64,000 nucleotides of DNA, taken from Squalus acanthias. Lineage: Eukaryota. A model generated the notes under the pieces. The model did not search any database. It worked only from the letters and a program-made list of their open reading frames with translations, and had not been told where the DNA came from. Numbering within the stretch: position 1 is the first letter of the stretch; every line of letters begins with the position of its first letter. The stretch is taken from the NCBI GenBank assembly GCA_030390025.1, contig CM059432.1:84136001-84200000 (forward strand). The letters are read 5' to 3'. The translations under genes were made by a program, and so were the position numbers. Positions 1 through 13,545 of the stretch are shown here, one piece after another.

Positions 1-1660
1 CTGATGCTCTTTATTCCAAGAGAGCTGAATACATTTCATTCTCTCTGGCCAGAGAGCAGCAGGCGGAGTCAGCATGCGGCTTCCCGAGGACTGCAGGCTT
101 CTCCATGGTGCAGGGTGCCACTGATTGCACACACATCACTTTGCAGGCGCCGCATGTAAACTCTGAGATGTACCGCAACTGAAAGGGATTCCACTCCCTC
201 AATGTCCAGCTGGTATGCAACCATACTCAGCGAATCTTGCAGGTGAATGCCCAGTGTAATGGGAGCAGTAATGATGCCTTCATTCTGCGGCGGTCCACTT
301 TACCATCTGCATTTGAGCCACCACAGCAAACCAGAGCGTGGCTACTGGGTGACAAGGGCTATCCGTTAACAACATGGCTCATGCCTCCAATGCGCAATCC
401 ACGCACATGTGGGCAGCAACGTTCCCTCTAAGCTGCGTGGCTGCGTGAGCGCGCAACTCTCTGCCGGTCCCGCGCAGCCCAGGACCGCCTTTTTTAATGT
501 TAAATTTCGCGCACGCGCAAAACTGTAAATGGGCTGCCCTAAAAAAATTAGGGGGAACATTGGTGAGCAGCATTCATACAATAAAAGCCATGATGCCACA
601 CGAAATATCATCGAGCAGACTATTGGCATGCTGAAGCAATGCTTCCGTTGCCTGGACCGCTCTGCGGTTCGCAGCAGAGTAAGAGTCGAGATTCGTGGTG
701 GTCTGCTGCATGCTGCATAATCTCGCCATCATGAGGGAACATCCCTTGCCACCAGCTATACGGCAACCAACTCAGGAGGAGCTGCATGAGGAGGAGGAGG
801 AGCATGAGGAGGAGCATGAGGAGGAAGGGAGGCGGCAACCCAGACAGGAACTTTCTGGCCGGGCTGTCCGTGACTGACTCATCCGGCTGCGATACCAGTA
901 AATGCAACCCCAATTCCACATTCACCAACAGTCCCACACCTTACCTTCCCTCTGTTACTGACCATTACAGCGTCTGCTTGGCCACAATGCAAAAATAAAA
1001 GCCAACACAAAATAAACATTCAAAACCAATTTATCAATCAAACCATGCCATATTGCATTCAAACATCAAATAATCACCCTTGTGCATTCCCTTAGTGCCT
1101 GTCTTCTGTGTGCCTTTTCCCATCCTAGTGCTCCTGCACAGTGTTACTTCAGTGGCTGCAGCATGGCTGTTGGAAGGCCGCTGACTTTCAGTTGGGTAGA
1201 CTGCTGTTGGACTTGGAGGACGACCTTGAGCAGCTCTGGGCCTAGATGGCCCCGCTGTGGACTGCACCATCTCGGCATGGGAGGCAGTAATCTGGACTGG
1301 CTGGCTGACAGGCAACAGCAAGGGCACTGGCAGAATAGCAGAGGTGGGAGGAGGAATACTATAATCCTGAGATGGTCAGCAGGTTTGTGCTCCAAGCTCT
1401 ACGCAAAGCCCTGTGCCAAGTTGGTGTCAAACTCCTTCATGCTCCTTGACATTGCACGCAGGCTTTCTGGCAGGCCTGCCAATGCACCAAGCACTTCATT
1501 GTGCATACCCATCAGCCTTCTTCTGTACCCTGCCCCATTGAAGTACTCATCTGAGTCCTCTGCAGCAGAACTTGAGTGCATCCTCGGCCTCCGGGGAGCT
1601 GACACCTGCACTACCCTTGCCCCCTGCCCTGGCTGCAGGCCACTCATGCCCGGTGTCTCA
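1..1660 (+). mobile_element. Decayed Harbinger copy: 3' part of transposase (+, 1-900) and tail of Myb-like partner exon 3 (-, ~1070-1660)
   Basis: GFSMVQGATDCTH, LGDKGYPL, IIEQTIG and CCMLHN motifs, with stops. The minus-strand ORFs 1034-1327 and 1399-1647 match partner exon 3 of the other copies. Right end approximate. Confidence 0.9.
417..562. mobile_element. 146-bp hAT-type MITE
   Basis: 15-bp TIRs CAACGTTCCCTCTAA / TTAGGGGGAACATTG (2 mismatches). 8-bp TSD GTGGGCAG (409-416) / GTGAGCAG (563-570). Removing it restores the transposase frame PRTCGQHSYNKSH. Confidence 0.85.
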
Positions 1661-1986
1661 TGATCGTGACATCAGTGAGTGTGCAATGTTCACTGACTGT
1701 GAAATTGATTGTCGCCACCTACCTTTGCACCTGACGGAAACAGTGACAGGGAGAGCTGGCGTGAAGCACCAGGAAGCTGGCTCCAGGGGTGTTATTTAAA
1801 GGGATCATCAGTAATGAGTCGCAGCTGTAGGTTAGTGGAGTTTCAGTGCTTTCTTGTCAGTTTCACATAGTGCAACACTCTCATTCCAAGATTTCACGGT
1901 TATTTAGTATCAGGAGTGTTGTGGCAACTAAAAAGTAGCTACATTTATTCTTAAAAAAATCAAACTGCTACAGTTGATTACATTAA

Positions 1987-3060
1987 TGGGGGCTGTACTG
2001 GCAGTCGACCTCGCACTCCAGGATCTATGGCAGAGGGGGCGGAGGCAGTGAGAAAGACTGGAACATGTGGCCAGAGGGAGGTGGAGGGCCAGTAGGGCTC
2101 TCAACAGGAGGCTTTACCCTCCGAGTATATTCCGGGAGCTCTTCTCATACCTCCAATTAAGTGAGGAGCAGTCAAGGTCACCGTTGCCTTCAATTTCTTC
2201 ACCAGCGGATCCTTCCAGTCTGCAACAGGAGATATAGATAACATCTCGCAGTTCGCCATCCATCACTGAATCCAGGAGGTCACTGAGGCTCTCTACAGTA
2301 GGAGAAGGGGCTACATATCCTTCCCCATCACCAGAGAGAAGCAGGATGAGCGTGCATGTGTCTTTGGCAGGATAGAGGGACTCCCCATGGTGCAGGGCAC
2401 CACTGACTGTACCCACGTGGCTTTGAGGGCACCGCATAACAATCCTGAGATCTTCTGTAACCGCAAAGGCTTCCACTCACTTAATGTGCAGTTGGTGTGC
2501 GACCACAGACAGCTAATCCTCAATGTCAATGCCCACTATCCTGGCAGCAGGCACGATGCCTTCATCCTGCGCCAGACTGGTGTGTCAGCACTCTTCCAGC
2601 TACCACGTCAAGCTCGTGGATGGCTTGTCGGAGACAAGGGCTATACGCTCTCCACCTGGCTCATGAATCCCCTCCGCAACGCTCCTGCTCAGCACTCATA
2701 TAATGAGAGCCATGCTGCCACCAGGAACATCATCGAGCAGACTATCAGCCTGCTGAAGCAACGGCTCCACTGCCTTGACCGCTCGGGGGGAGCCCTCCAG
2801 TACTCGGCTGAGCGGGTGTCCCATTTCGTGATGGTCTGCTGCATGCTCCACAACGTGGCCATCATGAGGGCCCAGCCTTGCCATCAGGGATTGCAGGACC
2901 ATCTCAGGAGGAGGAAGAGGGAGAGGAGTAGGAGGAAGAGGAAGATGAGTAGGACGAGGAGGACAATGAGGAGGAGGAGGAACAGGAGTGAGGGAGGAGG
3001 CAGCCACTCAATCGACATTCCGGAAGGGTGGTCCGTGACCGCTATATCAGACTGCTGTTT
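1987..3060 (+). pseudogene. Harbinger (HARBI1-like) transposase pseudogene
   Basis: ORF 2387-3151 has TDCTH, VGDKGY, IIEQTI and CCMLHN. Internal deletion at ~2170 and a frameshift before the acidic tail. Confidence 0.9.
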
Positions 3061-3239
3061 GAATGAATTAAACTCCAGATCACCATTGCTCACCACATCC
3101 CCATCATTCCATCCCTGTTGCAGGCCATATCACAGCACAAAGCTGAAATGAGAGACACCACAAAAGAATTCAAACTGAATTAATAAATTTATCAATAATC
3201 AGTGAACACGTTCTCACAACAAAAACATTAACTATTCAG

Positions 3240-5132
3240 CCTTGTGAAATCCCTTAGTGCCTCTCGTTACTGTGCCTTTACCTACTCTAGTGGTCCTACG
3301 AAGTGTTGGCCCAGTGGCTGCAGCAGGGCTGGTGGAAGGCTGCTGAGTGTCCGTCTGGAAGACTTCAGATGGCCTTGCAGGATGCCCTCGACCAGCTCTT
3401 GGCCTGGAAGGCCCGGCTGTAGACTACACCACCTCAGCATTGGTGGCAGCAGTCTGGGCTGGCTGGATGACAGGCAGCGACAAGGGCAATGGTGGAGTGG
3501 CAGTGGTGGGAGCAGGAATGCTGTCATCCTCAGAGAGGACAGCAGTTTCCTGCTCCACTGACGCACGGCCACTCCTCCGGAACAGCACCTCAGCATCCCT
3601 AGCAATCTGTTGGAGCACAGATTGCTGGCCTGCTGAGACACCGTGAAAGCCCCAGTCGATGGTGGTAGACCCAGCCACGATGGCAGCAGTCAGAGCTTGC
3701 GTGGCATCAAGCTGAGACTGCATGAGAGCAGTATGAGATTGAATGCCACCAAGCATAGACTGCATTACATCACTAAGATGCTGCGTCGCATCCGCCTGTG
3801 CTGCAATGGAAGTTGCCAGATCGCCCATCACATGTGACATCAGGTCTGGGTCACCACGGTCTCTCTGGGAGTCTACCATCCTTTGCAGACTGGAAATGAT
3901 GGGCTCCATGGTGTGCGCAGAGCCTTGCGCAATGTTGGAGGTGGACTCCTCCACGCTCCTATCACTGCCGAGAGGCTCTCAGGCACCCTTGCCATTGCAC
4001 CTATCATCTCCGTGTGCATGCCCATCACCCTTCTTCTAAACGTCGTCCCATCGAAGTCCTTATCTGAGTTCTGTGCAGAAGAACTCGCGCACGAACTCAC
4101 CCTCCAGAGAGCTGGCCTCCGAGCTACCCTTTCCCCCTGGCTTTGCTGCAGCCTACTCGTCCCCGGTGCCTCACCCTTTGCAGATCCTGCTACTATACTT
4201 GCCTCCAAAGAATGCGTAGTGCCAGTGTCTGAGCTGGTGCCTGCGGATGAGACATGCTGTGACGCGGTGTGTTCTTCCTCCTCCTTTTCTCCTGCCTCGC
4301 TCTTTACGGTGCCATCAGGGACAGACTGCTCAGGTGCTTGCTCATTATCTGAAAGCATAAAGGCACAAGCGTCGAGTGAGGGGAGGGGGGCAGGAAGTGA
4401 GAAATGCATGCATACAGCATGATTAGCTGGAAAGTGCGAAACGCTTGTGGGGTGAGGGGAAAGCGGGATGTGAGAAGAAGTAATAAGGATGAACATACCG
4501 TTGTTGTCGCCAAGGGGGTCAACGTCGTTGGTGGTCATGGCGCCCACCACCTGCCGCCCAATAATCTCCAGCATTCTATTTTCCAGCGCAGACAGTGGTT
4601 GGGTGTTGGCTTGTCCCCCGCCTGTGCGCTCCTGCTCCCTCCTGTTGTGAGCCGCCTTGGCCTGCAATAGAAAAGAAAGTGTATGAGTGAGTGTGGAGCA
4701 ATGTGTTTGGGTGATGTGCCTGCCATAGCTGAATAGCTGTGATTGTGTGAAAGGTGTGAGATGTGGGTGTGAGTGTTGGTAGGTAGAGATTGTTGGTGGG
4801 TGAGTGCTGGGGGTGTGGTGCTTTGGGCAATGTGTGAAGACTGTGGTTCAGATGGTGGTATGTAGCATTTGTAGAAGCATTCACTCACCCTGACCACCCG
4901 AGTGAGGTTGTTAAATTTCTTCCTGCACTGTGTGTGGATCCTGGCGACCAGAATGCTGCCCAAGACGTGCTGTGCTACCTCCCTCCACATGGTACGGAAG
5001 ACTTGTGATGAGGGCCTCCTGCTACTTGCCGGGTAGAGCACCGCCCTCCGTCTCTCCACAGTGAACACCAGCGCCTCCAATGCTTGATCGCAGAATCTGC
5101 GGGCTCTCTCCCTGGGGCGTGCATCTGCCATG
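3240..5132 (-). pseudogene. Harbinger Myb/SANT-like partner gene, 3 exons (5132-4889, 4661-4499, 4348-~3240), frameshifted in exon 3
   Basis: RARRFCDQALEALV...WREVAQ...QCRKKFNNLTR Myb/SANT-like motif. GT-AG splice sites sit at the same positions as in copies B and C. Confidence 0.85.
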
Positions 5133-5459
5133 AGTACAGCTGCTTCAATCGTCCGGCTCCTTCTCCTTGACCTGCAGCTGTTTACTGAGGCAGCTGCACA
5201 GCCAGCAATGCTGAGAATGAGGTTCTGTAGCATCAATGAACCTCCCCTTTAAGAACTAGAAAAAGCCTGTGGCAATCATGACTTGCGAGTAGACTGCCCT
5301 TGATATTGGTCCACCATTTGAGTGTAACGCCAATGAGCTTGGGCTTCAAGACTTGAATTCGGACTCCAATTGTTTCTTTGAGCAGTGAGCACGAATTTTG
5401 CATGCAGTCTAAAGCATTAGCGCCTGGTGCTAATTCTCCAATTTTTCTAATTATACTGC

Positions 5460-6013
5460 CCATTCCTGGGCTATAATGAATTTCCAGCCCAATGTGTGAT
5501 GAGGGGGAAGTGAAATGTGTGAAGGAGGATTAGGTTTGAGGATACTGTGATCTTCGATGATTTCAGCCCCACCGCTGGCCACGGGCTCAGTAATGGCCGC
5601 TCCAATGATGGCCACCACCATCTCCTCCATCGTGGTAAGGTGATACAGCCGCACCTCTCCCACCGGTTAGGTCCTGCTGCCTCCGGTTATGCGCCAACTT
5701 GTCCTGCAAGAGAGAGGGATGTGTTTCAGTGTGTGTGCTGCAATGTGTTTGGTGATGTGGCTGTGATAGTTGAATAACTGGCAGTGTGTGCAAGCTGTGA
5801 AATGTGGGTGTGAAGTTTGCAGCAGTGCTAAGTGTGTGAGGGTGACATGAAGCTATGAATGTGAGGTATGAGTCCTGTTTGATAGAGATTGTAGGTAGGT
5901 GAGTGTTGGGGGTGTGGTGCATTGAGCAGTGTGTGAGGCTGGTGGTGCAGTTGGTGGCATATGGCATTTGTAGATGAATTCACTGACCTTGACCACTCGT
6001 GTGCGGTCATTAA
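5460..6013 (-). pseudogene. Fragment of Harbinger Myb-like gene (end of exon 1, intron 1, exon 2)
   Basis: FNDRTRVVK|gt near 5990. Exon 2 DKLAHNRRQQDLTGG near 5700-5545. Confidence 0.8.
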
Positions 6014-6530
6014 GGGGGAAAGATTAGGTGGCGCCCATTTTGGGATGCTAATGTTGCTGGGGCGCTAAAAAGTTAGCACCCCTCCGCCGTAAAATCAGTA
6101 GTAGCGCCCCAAGCAGGAGGTGAGGCCCTACTGGAAAGCGCTCCACCTCCTGCTTGGGGCGCTATTTCTGAATTTCATAGTGCTACGTGCAGTAGCGCCA
6201 TGTGTGGCGGCACCTAGCGCCGCATCATTGCAGGCCTCCTCCCCTGATTAAAGGGGAGGGGCCTGGCGCTGCGTACACCGGGGCCCTGCTGGACCACCGG
6301 GGAGCGCGGTGCCGTGAAAACAGCCCGGCACTCAAGAGGAGTGCCGGGCTGAGCGATCGTGGCCGGCACCTCACATAAAAAAGTGAAAGGGGGCAGGTGC
6401 TGGCAGTCAGCCAAAATAAAAATGGCCGCCCGACACCTGCCATTTATGTAGCACCGCCACCGCTGCAAAAACGCCTCATATCCTGTCAGACAGATCGTCT
6501 AGCGATAGGTCAGGGGGCGCAAGGGAAGTT
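6014..6530. mobile_element. Non-coding GC-rich Harbinger-type element end / MITE (same family as 24455-25095)
   Basis: Starts GGGGGAAAGATTAGG directly after TAA. About 450 bp are colinear with 24500-24950, with many TAGCGCC motifs. No right TIR seen. Confidence 0.7.
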
Positions 6531-6534
6531 ACCT

Positions 6535-6830
6535 TGGCTAACTCGGTGAGGTCATTAATGTTCTTCTGTCATTAAGTAACCATGTGGGAGTGCTGGAAAT
6601 AGCACTCCCTGCCAAGGCCATCTCCTTCCACTGGGCCTGCACCATACCCTTCATGGGTCTCCTTCCCTCAGTGCCAAAATTGCCAGATTTCCAACAAGAA
6701 CATCTCAACTGAAGAGTCTGTAAATTTGGGGACGGCGCCCTGAAGAAACACCAGACTGAAAAATTGCACTGATGGAAATTTTTGCCAACAGAAAGTGGCT
6801 GGTCTACTCCTTTAAGCTGCTGCAGCCATT
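6535..6830 (-). pseudogene. Highly decayed Harbinger Myb-like exon 1
   Basis: APKFTDSSVE and QWKEMA-like motifs, with a TTAAAGG TATA-like box near 6810. Confidence 0.55.
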
Positions 6831-9151
6831 TTAATGCTACAGCAGCATTGCATTTTTCCTCACCTTGCAAAGGTGGACTCCCCATAGAGGAGCCTAATAA
6901 TACTGGGAGCCTGCCATGAGCATTTAACCAAGGAAAATAGGATGAGGTCATGGCAGGGTCACACCGGCAGGTGGAAGTACAGTTCCAGCACACTCCAGTA
7001 GTGAACCGACAATGAAGAAATTCCAGGCCTTTGGGTTTGTGTTGGCTTATTCTTTTAAAACAAACAATTGCAACCACGTGTAAAGGAACAGGATGTTCTG
7101 CAGTTTATATATGCCACCATTTGGAAAATCCATCCTGAATGGATACCCATCTCCATTGCAGGCAATAGATGAACAGTTCTAATTTGTGGCTGGAGCCATA
7201 GCGATAACTGTTTATGTAGTTCTGATTTTTTTTTAAAAAGTACTTCTAGCAAAATAGTAAAGGTGGCTGGAAATCTACTGGAGAACTTTGATTATTATTA
7301 GCTATGGTGTTGTATATGCCATTAAAAAAAAATCATGATAATCTAATGGAGAGAAATGCAGCTTCATGATAGTGTATTGGTCTATGCTGCAGAAGTATAA
7401 TGGAGATACGTCTAACGTTCTTCAGCCAATCTATGGTATATGTCAAAATTTGATCAGTTATTATCTATGCTCCTTCATACAGGCAAAATTGCTTTATAAT
7501 GTTTTAGAACAGTTTCACCTGTGATTATGAGAATGGATAAGAATTACCACCATTTGGTTTTGTGCATCTTTGCTTTAACATTTGTTGGAATCCTCTGAAG
7601 GTGAACCTGAAACCAAAGTTTCAGTTAACTTGAATTTTCATCCTATAGTGAACAAGAGAGTGTGCATTTTCATAAACGATGGTTCATTGTTTGTACAGGC
7701 GCACAAATCAGATGGATTTATGTTTGCAGGTGGTTGTGACTTTTTGACATTATACTGGTATAAATCCCAGTATTATTAATGGTATTGCTCATGTGTGCTA
7801 TGAATCAGTAAAATAAATGAAACCAAGGTTTACTATCATAAAATCCTATACTTTTTTCCACAAATGTTTCATAGGTTTTAAGTTAAATTTATGTGGAAAA
7901 CACATAGCTGGAATGTGCTATAAAGCATCCTTTGAAAAAAAGTTTGGAAGCAATTTAAAAGTGTGATTTTGCAATTTAAGATGATTACTCCTAATTACAC
8001 TGTGAAAAAAAATCTCCAACTGCCCATAAGTAGAGACAATCCAGTACAGGTATTAACTCACTTACTATGCATCCTGAATGCTACTAATTTAAAATTATTG
8101 CTATAATCCATTTCCTTCAGTATCTTAGATTTAATGTTGACATATTTTATATTCGCTAGTCTACTGTGCAGAACAAATTTGTTACATTAAAATACACAAA
8201 GAATATTATAACATTTGTACTAGAATAGTACATTAGAAAAAATGCACAAAATGAAGAGAGAAGATAATAAATAGATAGGAAAATATTTAGTTAAGGGTCC
8301 TGTATGTTATCCTCCCTTGGACACTGCTTTCTTTTTCTCTACACTGAAAAATAAGCAAGAACCACTTACCTATCCTGGAGTGGAAGACTATCCAGTAAAA
8401 TTAACAAAGAACATCTGGTTTTCATTTAGGTTGCATTCAACTGTTCATTAAAAACTCCTGACCGGTCTTTTTAGATCTGTCTTTTCCAACAAAAACTGGA
8501 ACGCCTTTTCCAATATTATGCTAACTCATGCATGTGACTTAAAATACATCAAAGTCAATTTGGTAGTCCAGTAAAGAAACCAAGGAGAGCAGTAAAGAGG
8601 TATGTTTACCTGTTAATCATGGCAGAAAACTGCTGCTGATATTTATTTAATATTTTCTCCATCCTAAGGGTATGCTTTTTTATCTAAATGTCTTACATCT
8701 ATTTATTCTATACTTTTCAACCACATTGAAGGTAAACGTAAGTTAATTGGATTAAATGGAACTGGGAGGGTCATGATCTTGCATGCAGGGTCTTCAAGAA
8801 ACGAATACCGCTGAGAGCTATAAATATTAATAGCACTGGTGGCAGTGCATGCTTAGTTTCCACAGCAGGCCTGATTATGTCAAATACGTGAGAGAATAGA
8901 CTACAAATTGCTCTAACACGCTGTTCTACTTGAAAAGCTTTTATAACTCCCCAGCAATTTTATGTTAGCTTTAACTAACCCATATGGTAGAACAGTACAA
9001 GGGAGCCATTGAGAATGCAATTTTTGTTCCTTTTAGGACATAATTTAATAAATTAGTAATGCAACAAATTTGTGGGCACAACTTCTGGAAATCCAGCTCT
9101 GCTATTAGTGGAGCAGAACTTCATTCGCTCATGGCAAGTGAGCACGTGGCA

Positions 9152-12100
9152 CTGGGAGTTATCTCAGGATTACTCCCAGTGCCACGTGCTAGCGAGAGCA
9201 GAAATAGGAGAATAGACCAGATGAATTTGTGGCTGGAGAGATGGCGTAGGAGGGAGGGATTTAAATTCCTGAGGCATTGGGACCGATTCTGGGGAAGGTG
9301 GGACCTGTACAAGCTGGACGGGTTACACTTCGGCAGAAGCGGGACCAACATCCTCGCAAGGGGGGTTGCTAGTGCTGTTGGGAAGGATTTAAACTAGTTT
9401 GTCAGGGGGCTGGGAACCTAAGTGTGGGCCCAGAACAGAGAGAAACAAAGCTGGAAGTGCAAGTTAGAAAAGTAGTCAGCAGAACTAGTAGGGAGCAGAA
9501 ACAAAGGCCAACATTAAAGAGGGTCAAAGTGCAGAAAAATATTAAACAGGCAAAGTTGAAGGCACTTTATCTAGATGCACATAGCATTCGCAACAAGGTG
9601 GATGAATTAATGGCACTATTAGAAGTAAATGGGTATGATGTAATTGCCATTACAGAGACATGGTTGCAGGGTAACCAAAGCTGGGAACTGAATGTTCCAG
9701 GGTACTCAACATTTAGGAAGGACAGACAAAAAGGAAAAGGAGGTGGCATAGCGCTGTTAATAAGGGATGAGATCAGTACGGTAGAGATAAAAGATCCTGG
9801 CTTGGCAGATCGTGATGTAGAACTGGAATCAGTTTGGGTGGAGCTAAGAAACAGCAAAGGGCGGAAAACATTGGTGGGAGTTGTGTATAGGCCACCAAAC
9901 AGTAATGGTAATGTAGGGCATAATATCAATCAAGAGATTAGAAGTGCATGTAACAAGGGCAATACGGTAATCATGGGGAACTTTAATCTACATTTTGACT
10001 GGGCAAATCAAATTACCACTAATGGTGTGGAGGACGAATTCTTGGAATGCATGCGAGATGGTTTCCTGGATCAGTATGTGGAGGAACCAACCAGGGAACA
10101 GGCTATTCTGGATCTGGTACTGTGTAATGAGAAAGGGCTAATCAATAATCTTGTGGTAAAGGGGCCATTAGGGACAAGTGACCATAATATGATTGAATTT
10201 TACATTAAGTTTGAGAGTGATGTAGTCCAATCTGAAACTAAGGTCTTCAATCTAAACAGAGGAAACTACAAGGGTATGAGGGACAAGTTGGCCATGGTAG
10301 ATTGGGAGACTACACTAAAAGGTATGAAGGTGGACATACAATGGCTAACATTCAAGGAAATAATGCATAATTTGCAACAAACATATATTCCTCTAGGGCA
10401 TAAAAACCCAAAAGGAAACGTGATCCACCCGTGGCTAACAAAAGAAACTAAAGCTAGTATTAAGTCAAAGGAGGAAGCTTATAAAGTTGCCAGAAAAAGC
10501 GGTCAGCCTGAGGATTGGGATCTTTTTAGAAATCAGCAAAGGGGGACCAAGAAATTGATAAAGAAAGGGAAAATGGAATATGAGCACAAACTAGCAAAAT
10601 ATATAAAAATGGATTGTAAAAGCTTCTATAGGTATGTGAAAAGGAAAAGACTGGCGAAGGTAAATGTAGGTCCTTTACAGTCAGAGATGGGAGAATTTAT
10701 AATGGGGAATGAGGAAATGGCAGAGAAATTAAATAAATACTTTGTTTCTGTCTTCACGGAGGAAGACACAAAAAACCTCCCAGAAATACGAGAAAACCAA
10801 GGGTGTGACGAGAATGAGGAACTTAAAGAAATTATTATTAATGAAAAAACAGTACTAGTAAAATTAATGGGACTAAAAGTCGATAAATCCCAAGGACTGG
10901 ATGACCTACATCCTAGGGTTTTGAAAGAGGTGGCCATTGGAATAGTGGTTGGTTGTCATTTTCCAAAATTCTATAGATTCTGGAACAGTTCCTGCAGATT
11001 GGAGGATAGCAAATGTAACCCTGCTATTAAAGAAAGGAGGAAGAGAGAAAACAGGGAACTACAGACCTGTTAGCCTCACATCAGTAGTTGGGAAAATGCT
11101 GGAATCTATTATAAAGGATGCAATAACTGGGCACTTAGAAACTAATAGTAAGATTGGGCAGAGTCAACATGGATTTATGAAAGGGAAATCCTGTTTGACA
11201 AACCTATTGGAGTTCTTTGAGGATGTAACTAGTGGAGTAGACAAAGGGGAATTGGTAGATGTGGTGTATCTAGATTTTCAGAAGGCCTTTGATAAGGTCC
11301 CACACAAGAGGTTGGTGAACAAAATTAGGGCACATGGAATTGGGGGTAATATACTAGCATGGATTGAGAATTGGTTAACAGACAGAAAACAAAGAGTAGG
11401 GATAAACGGGTCTTTTTCAGGATGGCAGGCTGTGACTAGTGGGGTACCGCAAGGATCGGTGCTTGGGCCCCAGCTATTCACAATCTATATCAATGATTTG
11501 GATGAGGGGACTAAATGTAACATTTCCAAATTTGCTAATGATACAAAGCTAGGTGGCAGTGTCAGTTGCGAAGAGGATGTGAAGAGGCTTCAAGGGGATC
11601 TCAACAGGCTCAGTGAGTGGGCGAGAACATGGCAGATGGAATATAATGTGGATAAATGTGAAGTTATCCACTTTGGTAGAAAAAACAGAAAGGCAGAGTA
11701 TTTCCTAAATGGTGAAAGATTGGGGAATGCAAATGCTCAAAGGGACCTGGGTGTCCTTGTACATGAGTCACTGAAATTGAATGTGCAGGTGCAGCAAGCC
11801 ATTAGGAAGGCAAATGGTATGCTGGCCTTCATTACAAGAGGATTTGAGTACAGGAGTAAAGAAGTCTTACTCCAATTATATAGGGCCTTGTGAGATGACA
11901 CCTGGAGTACTGTGTACAACTTTGGTCTCCTTACCTAAGGAAGGATATACTTGCCTTAGAGGGAGTGCAATGAAGGTTCATGAGATTGATTCCTGTGATG
12001 GCGGGACTGTCGTATGAGAAGAGATTGAGTAAACTAGGCCTGTATTCTCTTGAATTCAGAAGAATGAGAGGGGATCTCATTGAAGCATACAAAATTATTA

Positions 12101-12460
12101 CAGGGCTTGATAGGATGAATGCTGGGAGAATGTTTCCCTTAGCTGGGGAGTCTAGAACCAGGGGCCACAGCCTCAAGATAAAGGGTAGGCCATTCAGGAC
12201 TGAGATGAGAAGAAATTTCTTCACACAGTTGGTGGTGCATCTTTGGAATTCTCTACCCCAGAGGGTTGTGGAGGCTCAGTCATTGGGTATATTCAAAACA
12301 GAAGTCAATAGATTTCTGACTAGTAAGGGCATCAAGGGATATGGCGATAGGGCCGGTGAATGGAGTTGAAGCAGAAGATCAGCCATGATCTCATTGAATG
12401 GCGGAGCAGGCTCGAAGTGCCGAATGGACTACTCCTGCTCCTATTTCTTATGTTCTTATG
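9152..12460 (+). mobile_element. 5'-truncated CR1 LINE: end of ORF1 (SGNH esterase-like), complete but disrupted ORF2 (APE endonuclease + RT), 3' UTR
   Basis: DGLH esterase motif (9059-9397). ITETW, YRPP and SDHN in 9424-11073; frameshift at ~10945; GVPQGSVLGP and FAND in RT. 3' hairpin GGAGCAGG...CCTGCTCC and TTCTTATG repeats. Confidence 0.95.
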
Positions 12461-13098
12461 ACATAATCCCCGTCCTAAATCGCGGGAACAGGAGTATTAC
12501 GATAATCAGCTCAGGTAGCCTGTGTCTGTACAGGTACATCAGAGGCATCTATCTCAAAGCAGTCTAGAAATTTAGAGCAAAGCTATGCCCCTCTGATGGA
12601 GGAGAAAGGGGCACTTGAGAGTCGAAGAATCAAAGTAAATTAAATTGTTCTTTATCCTGCAGGGATTAATTAGATCAAATGGAGAAATTAATTGTTCCCC
12701 TCTGGGATTAATTACTTTTCTCTAGTACAGTCCTGAGGCATATTCTATGCCCTCAACAGAACTCACGTCAGCTCTCAGCTGGTGAGAGTTCCATTGGGCC
12801 TAACAAAGATGCAATATGTGCAATTCCTGCTGAAACCCCACAACTCTCCCAGATGCCCCCAAGAGGTGGCATGTGGGCAAAAAACTCACACACTCCCCTG
12901 CCCAACAGGAATTTGGCCTGTAATTTAAATGAAGCAGAAAACAATGTGGATCAGTGATCTGTCCTGAATTTCAACCCTTCCTGTGGATAATCTACCATCC
13001 CTGGCCAATGAAATTTCAGCCTTCTTATTTTTTTTATCTGCATTTATTTAAATATATATAAATGATCACATGGAGGAGTTAATTCACAAAAGACCCAT

Positions 13099-13545
13099 GG
13101 GGTAGATTTTAATTATCAGTGGCCGACCGGCGAGAGGCCCGGACCATTTTGAGAGCTAGACCTCATTACCATGCTGCCAGCGGGCTGCGGGTGCCAAATG
13201 GCAGATAGCAAGTTAGGTTCAGTGGGGGAGCCCAGGGTGACCCACATTATTCTTGTGGAGCCCAGAGGAGCACTTCTGGCACCACAAAAATAATTTAAAA
13301 CTTACAATTTTTGGTTCTCTTCAGCTGTATCGTTAGGTAAAAATGGACGAAGCCCAGATGTCTCCCAAAATGGCAATCGGGGTCCATAGCACTCCAATTT
13401 GCATATTAAAAGGGCCTAAAGACTGAAAAAGGCAGGCCCCTTTCAGGATTGTATTGACTGGTTCGAAAGCAGAAATAAGGCAGTACGTTTTTCCCTGCAA
13501 TTTTCGGGGCACTACCGTCCCTTTTCTGCCAGTAAAATTCTCTTC
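13099..13545. mobile_element. Possible old Harbinger-type MITE
   Basis: Begins GGGGTAGATTTT and ends AAAATTCTCTTC (degenerate inverted match). GC-richer than the flanks. Confidence 0.35.

Larger units (their letters stand above)
1695..5450 (+). mobile_element. Near full-length decayed Harbinger element (different subfamily from A/B/C)
   Basis: TATTTAAAGGG at ~1793, transposase 1987-~3060 and convergent three-exon Myb-like gene. Subterminal near-palindrome ATTAGCGCCTGGTGCTAAT at 5416-5434. Ends approximate. Confidence 0.85.

Noticed and set aside
7055..7252. 65-aa minus-strand ORF as a host exon
   Set aside because: Purine-rich acceptor region and no recognisable homology.
8365..8430. Minus-strand exon ending at a strong GTAAGT donor
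   Set aside because: Only a 19-codon open frame with an in-frame stop just upstream and no convincing acceptor.
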